From Bacteroidales bacterium (GTDB taxonomy: Bacteria > Bacteroidota > Bacteroidia > Bacteroidales > VadinHA17): a stretch of 58,241 nt of DNA. Shown piece after piece: positions 51,704 through 58,241 of the stretch (its first letter is position 1; every line of letters starts with the position of its first letter). The DNA lies in NCBI GenBank assembly GCA_016936435.1, contig JAFGXX010000197.1, positions 1 to 58,241 on the forward strand. The letters run 5' to 3'. The position numbers and the translations under genes are program-made. The notes below the pieces were generated by a model, which did not search any database, was not told the origin of the DNA, and saw nothing but the letters and a program-made list of their open reading frames with translations.

Positions 51704-51919
51704 ATGTCGAAAGTTGCCCGGATATTAAAGTATTCTTTCATCTTACTTATTATTGCAATCTTCACGTCATGTGCATCAACGCAAAAGAGTAACTGGACGA
51801 AGAAGAGAAAGCAGGCTTCAAGGGTTAATACCACACAGCTGGGGAGGAACAGGTTCTTTTATTCGCCCCACTATCAGAAAAAACTCTATAAAAGCTACAG
51901 GAACAGCCGTTACCGATGA
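51704..51919 (+). CDS. Small basic lipoprotein
   Basis: Signal peptide with FTSC lipobox; K/R/Y-rich mature part; fills the gap between the flanking genes. Confidence 0.6.
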   Translation: MSKVARILKYSFILLIIAIFTSCASTQKSNWTKKRKQASRVNTTQLGRNRFFYSPHYQKKLYKSYRNSRYR

Positions 51920-51920
51920 G

Positions 51921-52688
51921 TCAATCGTCACATTCAAAGCTCAGACCATCGTAGGCAAGCACGATACCCTGCGGAAGTTCTTCGGAGACTTTGCTGTGAA
52001 GGCCCATCTGATGGCTTATATGTGTGATGAAAGCTTTTCTTGGCGCAATTTCCCTGATAAAGTCAACAGCTTCGCGCAGGGAAAAATGAGATATGTGCTT
52101 TTCTTTTCGCAAGGCGTTTATCACCAGATACTTAACACCAAACAATCTCTCCTTGCTTTGTTCGGGAATATAGTTTGCATCGGTGATATATGCAAAATTG
52201 CCTATTCTGAATCCATATATTTCAAGGTTCATGTGACGTACCCTGACAGGAAGAACGTCAATTCCCTTAACATTGAAGCTGTAATCGGGGATATCCAGAA
52301 GTCTCATTCTTGGTATTCCCGGATACTGGTATTCTGAAAAGACATAGGAAAACTCGCGCCGTATTGCTTTCTGTACCCTCTCTTCCGCGAAAACGTCGAC
52401 AGCTTGCTGACTCTTGTGATTGAAGGCTCTCACGTCGTCCATGCCGGCAATATGATCTTTGTGCTCGTGGGTTATCAGAATGGCATCCAGCTTCCTGACA
52501 TTCTCTCTCAGCATCTGCTGCCGGAAATCGGGTCCGGCATCGATCAGCAGTGTTACTTCCGCTGTCTCGATCAGAACTGATGTCCTGAGACGTTTGTCGC
52601 GGGGATCTTCGGAAAGACAGACCGGGCATTCACACGCTATTACCGGAACGCCCTGAGAAGTACCTGTGCCCAGGAAAGTTATTTTCAA
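51921..52688 (-). CDS. MBL-fold metallo-hydrolase (PhnP/YycJ-like)
   Basis: LGTGTSQGVPVI.C.C.VC, THEHKDH, YITD, THISH. Confidence 0.9.
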   Translation of the reverse strand: MKITFLGTGTSQGVPVIACECPVCLSEDPRDKRLRTSVLIETAEVTLLIDAGPDFRQQMLRENVRKLDAILITHEHKDHIAGMDDVRAFNHKSQQAVDVFAEERVQKAIRREFSYVFSEYQYPGIPRMRLLDIPDYSFNVKGIDVLPVRVRHMNLEIYGFRIGNFAYITDANYIPEQSKERLFGVKYLVINALRKEKHISHFSLREAVDFIREIAPRKAFITHISHQMGLHSKVSEELPQGIVLAYDGLSFECDD

Positions 52689-52771
52689 TGTTAAGGTTTT
52701 TCACGACAAACCTATTACAAAAATTGCAGACAGGCAACTATGATCGTATTATAATCAGACGGTATTTTTTC

Positions 52772-52779
52772 TATATTTG
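52772..52779 (+). promoter_or_regulatory. -7 element for the methyltransferase gene
   Basis: TATATTTG, 16 nt before GTG 52796. Confidence 0.55.
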
Positions 52780-52795
52780 ATAAACTTTATCATCC

Positions 52796-53494
52796 GTGAA
52801 AGGAAAGATCTACCTGATACCCGTAACCCTGGGAGGTGATGACTTTTTGTCGGTGATACCACAGGGTTGTCTTGAAATTACCAGGAAGCTGCGTTGTTTT
52901 GCCGTTGAAGACATCAGGAGTGCAAGGCGCTACCTGAGGATGATCGACAGTGATTTTCCTGTTGATTCAACCGAGTTCCATGAACTGAGTGAACATACTG
53001 ACGACAGGGAGGCGGAGAGTCTTATTGAACCGGTACTGAAAGGCAGCGATATGGGTATTATGAGTGAAGCGGGGATGCCGGGGATAGCCGATCCCGGGTC
53101 AAAACTTATCATGGCCGCACATTCAAAGCAGGTTCAGGTTATCCCCCTGACCGGACCCTCATCCATTTTACTTGCGCTCATTGCATCGGGACTCGACGGA
53201 CAAAATTTCACATTCAACGGCTACCTTCCTGTCAAAGACGGAGAGAGGATCAGGAAACTTAAAGAGCTTGAAAGAAAAGCCAGGGAAGGATATTCGCAGA
53301 TATTCATAGAAACACCTTACCGTAATCAGAAATTGTTTGAGGCCATATTGGCTGTATGCAGCGGCGATACGCTTTTGTCTGTTGCCGCAGACCTTACCCT
53401 GCCGGGCGAATATATAAGAACGAAGAAGATTGCCGAATGGAAGAAAGATATTCCCGTCCTGCATAAAAGGCTGGTGATCTTTGTACTCCGCTAA
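52796..53494 (+). CDS. RsmI-like SAM-dependent (tetrapyrrole-methylase fold) methyltransferase
   Basis: GKIYLIPVTLG, SEAGMPGIADPG, GPSSILLAL.ASG, F.FNGYLP, IFIETPYRN. Confidence 0.88.
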   Translation: MKGKIYLIPVTLGGDDFLSVIPQGCLEITRKLRCFAVEDIRSARRYLRMIDSDFPVDSTEFHELSEHTDDREAESLIEPVLKGSDMGIMSEAGMPGIADPGSKLIMAAHSKQVQVIPLTGPSSILLALIASGLDGQNFTFNGYLPVKDGERIRKLKELERKAREGYSQIFIETPYRNQKLFEAILAVCSGDTLLSVAADLTLPGEYIRTKKIAEWKKDIPVLHKRLVIFVLR

Positions 53495-54012
53495 TGAAGA
53501 AGATCTGCCTTTTCTATTTCATACACAACGACAGCCCTTGAAGGGATCTTTTTCCCATCACCGGGAAAACCCCAGGCCAGGAAAGGTGGTAGTATAAAAA
53601 CTGCCGATCCTCCGGGTCTGAGCATCCTGAGACCCTGATCGAGACCTGATTCGATCCGGCTTTTCCCTAAAACCACTTCCAAGGGACCCGAATCGTCGGA
53701 AGAATAGCAGAAAGTCCCGTCGAGGAGGGTGCACCTGTATTCCAGTACGACAACATCATTATCAGCAAACCTTTCACCGCTTCCCTCCGACCTGATCATG
53801 TACCATAATCCTGAGGGGGTCTCCTGCATTTTAAGATCCTTCCTTTCGATATAGTTCTGAATTCTTTCACGGTCTTTCACCACCAGGTACCTGTTAAGTT
53901 CGGTCATCTCTTTTTTCCCTGGTTTTCCGTCAGGTCTTACACTTCCCGTACCACTTTTACAGGACGCTATGTTAAAAAAGCAAAGAATAATTAATGATAA
54001 TCTGACGATCAT
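53491..54012 (-). CDS. FKBP-type peptidyl-prolyl isomerase lipoprotein (GldI-like)
   Basis: IASC lipobox, T.SGLWY, LLDGT, ILPPFLAWG..GDG.KIP. Confidence 0.85.
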   Translation of the reverse strand: MIVRLSLIILCFFNIASCKSGTGSVRPDGKPGKKEMTELNRYLVVKDRERIQNYIERKDLKMQETPSGLWYMIRSEGSGERFADNDVVVLEYRCTLLDGTFCYSSDDSGPLEVVLGKSRIESGLDQGLRMLRPGGSAVFILPPFLAWGFPGDGKKIPSRAVVVYEIEKADLLH

Positions 54013-54015
54013 TTC

Positions 54016-55041
54016 TCAAACTGGTTTATTCAGAACGGCAAAGTTCTCACCGAGAATCCTGAGAAAATAGTTAATGGTATTTTCAAGGGTATCATAAAAT
54101 TCGCCTCCGGAGGCATTCAGATGTCCGCCACCGTTAAAAAATCGCGATGCTATTTCATTTGAAGGGAAATTACCCTTCGATCTTAAAGACATTTTTACAA
54201 AACCTTCCTTTTCAATAAAAAGAACTGAAAAAATGATACCCTTAATAGACAGAGGCATGTTGACAAAGCCCTCGGTGTCGCCTTTTATGTGGCTATAGGA
54301 TTTAAGTTCATCAGCCGAAAGGGATATGTATGCTGTCTGATATTCAGACAGGATCACCATTTTTTCATTCAGGGCATAGCCCATGAGTTTCATCCTTTCA
54401 GCTGAGAAGTTGTTGTAGATAAGATCATTGATTGATGACCGGTCGATACCCGTATCAAGCAGGTCGGCCACTATCCTGAAGGTATCTCCTGAATAGCTTC
54501 CATGGTCGAATTTGCCGGTATCGGTTATAATACCTACATAAACAGCCTCAGCAAATTTACTGTTCCTGAATGGAGAGCCGTCCATATAAGTCACTATCCG
54601 GTATACCATTTCAGCAGTTGAGCAAACTGAAGGATCAGATATCAGCAGGTCAGTAAAAGCCTCCGGATCAGTGTGGTGATCGATAACCACCTTTTTGGCA
54701 TCAGATGCAAGAACGTGCTTTTCAGCTTCGCCGAGACGGTTTGAATGGTTGAAATCGAGCATCACGATCAGGTCGGCTGCACTGATAAGACTACGGCATT
54801 TCGAGCGGTTGCGGATGAATACATTTACCTGGTCTGATCCTTCCATCCACTTAAGGAACTCCTGAAGGTAGTTGGGTGTCATCATGGTAACATTCTTCCC
54901 TGTCCCGCTAAGATAGTGCCACAGAGCCAGCTGAGAGCCTATTGCATCGCCGTCGGGGTTGATGTGACTTATCAGCAATATATTCTCCGATGCTTTTAAT
55001 AATTTTATTAATTCTTTTGTATATTTGAATGGTTCAGGCAC
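54016..55041 (-). CDS. nrnA: DHH family bifunctional oligoribonuclease/PAP phosphatase
   Basis: H.NPDGDAIGS, IDHH, TDTG.F, SLRS, GGGHLNASG. Confidence 0.9.
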   Translation of the reverse strand: MPEPFKYTKELIKLLKASENILLISHINPDGDAIGSQLALWHYLSGTGKNVTMMTPNYLQEFLKWMEGSDQVNVFIRNRSKCRSLISAADLIVMLDFNHSNRLGEAEKHVLASDAKKVVIDHHTDPEAFTDLLISDPSVCSTAEMVYRIVTYMDGSPFRNSKFAEAVYVGIITDTGKFDHGSYSGDTFRIVADLLDTGIDRSSINDLIYNNFSAERMKLMGYALNEKMVILSEYQTAYISLSADELKSYSHIKGDTEGFVNMPLSIKGIIFSVLFIEKEGFVKMSLRSKGNFPSNEIASRFFNGGGHLNASGGEFYDTLENTINYFLRILGENFAVLNKPV

Positions 55042-55064
55042 CTTTACTGCTGTTGATGAGTGGT

Positions 55065-55072
55065 CAAATATA
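55065..55072 (-). promoter_or_regulatory. -7 element for nrnA-fkbp
   Basis: TATATTTG on the minus strand. Confidence 0.55.
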
Positions 55073-55124
55073 ATGAATATTCCTTAAGGGACGTAAACCT
55101 TACGGCACACTTAACATCTTATTT

Positions 55125-55544
55125 ATGAGCGGAAACTTCACTCTTTCCATTATCAAACCCAATGCGGTCAGGACCGGAAAAACAGGTCCTATACTTGCCA
55201 TTATAAATGAAGCCGGCTTTGAGATCGCAGCCCTGAAGATGGTCAGAATATCGAGGAAACAGGCCGAGGTGTTCTACGAAGTGCATAAGGGCAAACCTTT
55301 TTATGAAGGTCTTATCGGTTTTATGACCTCGGGCCCCGTGTTCGTTATGATCCTTAAACATGAAAATGCTGTTGAAGAGTTCCGAAGGCTGATCGGTGAC
55401 ACTGATCCTGAAAAAGCTGAGGCCGGTACCATAAGAAAATTATATGCAGTGTCGGTGCAGATGAATGCCATACACGGATCCGACTGCGATGAAAATGCAG
55501 TCAGGGAGGCCGATCTGTTCTTTTCGGGCTTCGAAAGGTTCTGA
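55125..55544 (+). CDS. ndk: Nucleoside diphosphate kinase
   Basis: TLSIIKP, HKGKPFY, MTSGP, GTIR, NAIHGSD (catalytic His). Confidence 0.95.
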   Translation: MSGNFTLSIIKPNAVRTGKTGPILAIINEAGFEIAALKMVRISRKQAEVFYEVHKGKPFYEGLIGFMTSGPVFVMILKHENAVEEFRRLIGDTDPEKAEAGTIRKLYAVSVQMNAIHGSDCDENAVREADLFFSGFERF

Positions 55545-55599
55545 AAAATACCCGGATTAATAAATTTTGTATTAAACTTTAATTTCCGGATGGTGTTAT

Positions 55600-55607
55600 T
55601 AGCTTTG
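55600..55607 (+). promoter_or_regulatory. -7 element for the hypothetical gene
   Basis: TAGCTTTG downstream of the ORF-finder ATG, which supports a true start at 55629. Confidence 0.55.
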
Positions 55608-55628
55608 CACGATCCGGAATTTTTTTAT

Positions 55629-57377
55629 ATGAAAAGAAAAATCACTGCAGACTTCCACGACAGGAAAACCCTTGAGAAATATTCTTCAGCCTTCACCCTC
55701 TCCGACATGGAGATCTTCATATTCCCCGACCTCTTCTACCCTCTTGTCCTTGCAAATATTATGTCGCCCCTGATCTGGAAATGGAGAGAAGATCCATGGT
55801 TCAACGGTATTGAAAAGAAGAGCTTCACTTATAAAATCAACAGGATCAAACAGTATATCATACAGAATTATGTTTTCAACCTCGACCTGGCCACCTGGGG
55901 ACTTACAACCAGGACGCGGGAAATAGAACGCTTCAAAGATTTCTTCGACACCGGGATGCTGAAACAATCTAACGCGCTTTTTGGCTACGAGGGCGACAGG
56001 TATTATTTCGATATCGACATAAGAAAACATTTCGGGCTCGACAAATATGACACTGAAGTAATTCCTTACTGGAAGACAGAAACGGTTGAAGCGATGACAG
56101 CTTTCAGGCACAGGGATAATTTTACCACAGGAGCCGGCGAATGCGTTTCTTTGTCGTCACTCTATGCGGCTGCCATGTTCGTTGTGGGAAGGATACCCCT
56201 TGAGAAGATCTTCCTTATCGCCACACCACTTCACTCACAGAATTTCATTACCGAAAAGGAGGGATTAATTACCAACAACAGGAGGATAGTAACCAAAAAC
56301 ATGTGGTTCAACGGAACAGCTCTTTCGGAGAAAGCCAGGAGAGCTCTTGAAAATGAGAGAATAACTGTTGTTTCACACATTAGCGGCCACATCCATATCC
56401 TTTACAGTGAGGCAACTATCGACAAAAAAGCTTATGATCATTTTGCAGTCATGCTAAAGGATTTCCTTGTAACGGGGCTTACCGAGCATATCTTTATAAA
56501 CTTCCTCAGGTTTAAGCCGGTTTATAAATCATTGTTCCAGTTTATGTGTGAATGTTCGGGTGTGAAAAGATATATACCTCTCGATAAAATGTTTGAGTAT
56601 GAGCACACAAGCCGCTTCAGCGTATCAAGAGAGACCCGTGAGCAGCTTATCAGGGAGATCGATGGGGAAGAATTTCATCTGAGTCCTGTCCCCGGCAGGA
56701 TTTTACTGAACAGTGTAGAAGAGATGCTGGTTGAAAATCCCGGGCAATCATTAGAAAAGATCGGGCAATGGTTCATGGAAGTAAAAGGAGAGATAGCAGA
56801 AGAAAATATTAAGGAACTCTTCTCCGACCTGAGAAGGTTTACAATTACCGAGCCGCGACTTCCTTCAGCCGATAAACAATTCACAGTCCTGCCACACCCG
56901 CACCTTTCCATACAACATTCACGTGAAGAGATCATAGATATTATTTCCCGTTCTGCCGGTGAGTCGGAGATGTCGCTCCTCACCCTTTATGTGTACAGGC
57001 AGATGGACAGTATCGACTGGCGTCCATTTATCAGGGCGGCTATAGAAAGAAATCCGGTTTCCTTTGAAGAAATGAGAGAAAGAAATCTCGGGCAAATCCA
57101 CGAAATACTCAGATCCCTGCCGGATGAGTCAATTTACGACGGCAACAGACTTGCGATGCCCGACGAGGTATGGAACTTCAGAAGAGGCGACGGTGTGGAA
57201 AAAGCCTTTTTGCTTGCAGGGCATATTTTAAACAGGGATAAGGAAGCCCTTATTACTTTGAAGATTGACAACAACCTGGTAAATCTTGTTTATAATGGTG
57301 TCAGCTACAGCTTCATTTCAGGAAAATCATTCAGAAAGTCATTCAGTATCTCTAAAGATTCAATAATATCTATCTGA
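55629..57377 (+). CDS. Hypothetical protein with two transglutaminase-like cores
   Basis: GAGECVSLSSLY...PLH and MPDEVWNFRRGDGVEKAFLL motifs; no signal peptide. Confidence 0.7.
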   Translation: MKRKITADFHDRKTLEKYSSAFTLSDMEIFIFPDLFYPLVLANIMSPLIWKWREDPWFNGIEKKSFTYKINRIKQYIIQNYVFNLDLATWGLTTRTREIERFKDFFDTGMLKQSNALFGYEGDRYYFDIDIRKHFGLDKYDTEVIPYWKTETVEAMTAFRHRDNFTTGAGECVSLSSLYAAAMFVVGRIPLEKIFLIATPLHSQNFITEKEGLITNNRRIVTKNMWFNGTALSEKARRALENERITVVSHISGHIHILYSEATIDKKAYDHFAVMLKDFLVTGLTEHIFINFLRFKPVYKSLFQFMCECSGVKRYIPLDKMFEYEHTSRFSVSRETREQLIREIDGEEFHLSPVPGRILLNSVEEMLVENPGQSLEKIGQWFMEVKGEIAEENIKELFSDLRRFTITEPRLPSADKQFTVLPHPHLSIQHSREEIIDIISRSAGESEMSLLTLYVYRQMDSIDWRPFIRAAIERNPVSFEEMRERNLGQIHEILRSLPDESIYDGNRLAMPDEVWNFRRGDGVEKAFLLAGHILNRDKEALITLKIDNNLVNLVYNGVSYSFISGKSFRKSFSISKDSIISI

Positions 57378-57660
57378 GAACTATATCTTTTATTATTTCG
57401 GCTCCGGCTTTTTCGTTTATCTTGTCAACCAGGGAACGTCGCAGCATAAGGAGCTCATTTCTTACCACGGAGGAACTAAGCTTAACATGCATTATTCCGT
57501 CGCGTATGTATATCTGAGTCGTTCTTGAAGCTATTGCCTTACCTACTATCTCCTCCCACGAATTTAGTATACCTGTCTCTCTCAGTTTACCGTCAAGCTT
57601 CATCTCCTTCAGATAATCCTGAACAGCCTCGGCCAGTGATATGGTCCTGCTTCTTCTCAT
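57370..57660 (-). CDS. dciA: DUF721/DciA family protein
   Basis: W.EIVGKAIA..T, SSVVRNEL; directly downstream of recF. Confidence 0.85.
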   Translation of the reverse strand: MRRSRTISLAEAVQDYLKEMKLDGKLRETGILNSWEEIVGKAIASRTTQIYIRDGIMHVKLSSSVVRNELLMLRRSLVDKINEKAGAEIIKDIVLR

Positions 57661-58241
57661 TTTTCAGCCCTGCCGTTTTGAATAATCTCTGCCACAGAGT
57701 TATCTTTTATCCTGAAAAGTCTGTAATCGGTATCATGTGATGAAAGAATTTCATGAAGCCTGTTCTGGTGAGTGTCGGTTATAAATATCTGTCCGAACCG
57801 GTGATTACCAACAAGCCTGATTATCTGTTCCACCCTTTCGGCATCAAATTTATCAAAGATATCGTCGAGTAGAAGTATGGGTACGATACCCGATTTGCGG
57901 CTTATATAATCGAATTTTGCCAGTTTCAGAGCTACCAGGTAGGACTTTTGCTGTCCCTGTGAACCAAGGATTTTGACAGAATGATCATCCATTTCAAGTA
58001 AAAGATCATCTTTGTGTATACCTGTGGTCGTATATTCCAGAGCCCTGTCCTTTGAGACATTTTCGATGAGGGCCTCAGCAAAATCTCTTTCATCAAGATG
58101 AGATTTGTATGACAGTCTGACTTCTTCTTTCCCTGAAGCTATCATCGCATAATACTCCCTGAACACGGGCACCAGTTCATTTACCAGGCTTTTTCTTTCG
58201 CTGTAAACAGTCGTACCATATTTAACGAGCTGTACATCCCA
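57657..58241 (-). CDS. recF: DNA replication/repair protein RecF (5' end beyond the window)
   Basis: WDVQL..YG, TT.GIHKDDL, GSQGQQKS, PILLLDDIFDKFD, QIFIT; frame open to the window edge. Confidence 0.95.
   Translation of the reverse strand, partial: WDVQLVKYGTTVYSERKSLVNELVPVFREYYAMIASGKEEVRLSYKSHLDERDFAEALIENVSKDRALEYTTTGIHKDDLLLEMDDHSVKILGSQGQQKSYLVALKLAKFDYISRKSGIVPILLLDDIFDKFDAERVEQIIRLVGNHRFGQIFITDTHQNRLHEILSSHDTDYRLFRIKDNSVAEIIQNGRAEK

Overview
A 58 kb gene-dense core-genome segment from a Bacteroidota (probably Bacteroidales) bacterium. The evidence is TAnnTTTG -7 promoters, ExbB-ExbD-ExbD-TonB, a T9SS C-terminal-domain protein and a long Bacteroidota-type SecA. Most of the ~50 genes are housekeeping: galK/galM between two GluP/FucP permeases, truA, aroE, comA, folD, ffh, argS, ligA, dapA, secA, ferritin, dnaX, rpsF-rpsR-rplI, ridA, lptD, amidase, mlaD, dnaA, nrnA, ndk, dciA and a partial recF. 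I found no rRNA, tRNA, CRISPR array, prophage or transposase. Main unusual signals: (1) an AmmeMemoRadiSam operon whose Memo-AMMECR1 fusion has a Sec-like signal peptide and whose radical-SAM enzyme has a Tat-like signal, flanking a His-rich membrane protein with a degenerate spermidine-synthase-like domain, i.e. a candidate extracytoplasmic radical-SAM system; (2) an intact stand-alone nuoJ-K-M-N cassette with no nuoL that has lost most conserved proton-translocating charged residues; (3) an A10G slippage/frameshift site in dnaX with an immediate -1 stop; (4) strong SD sites before rpsR and rplI; (5) a candidate ECF-sigma-driven sRNA; (6) a MITE-like inverted-repeat element; (7) a hypothetical protein with two transglutaminase-like cores. 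All family calls come from motif recognition by eye; no searches were run.
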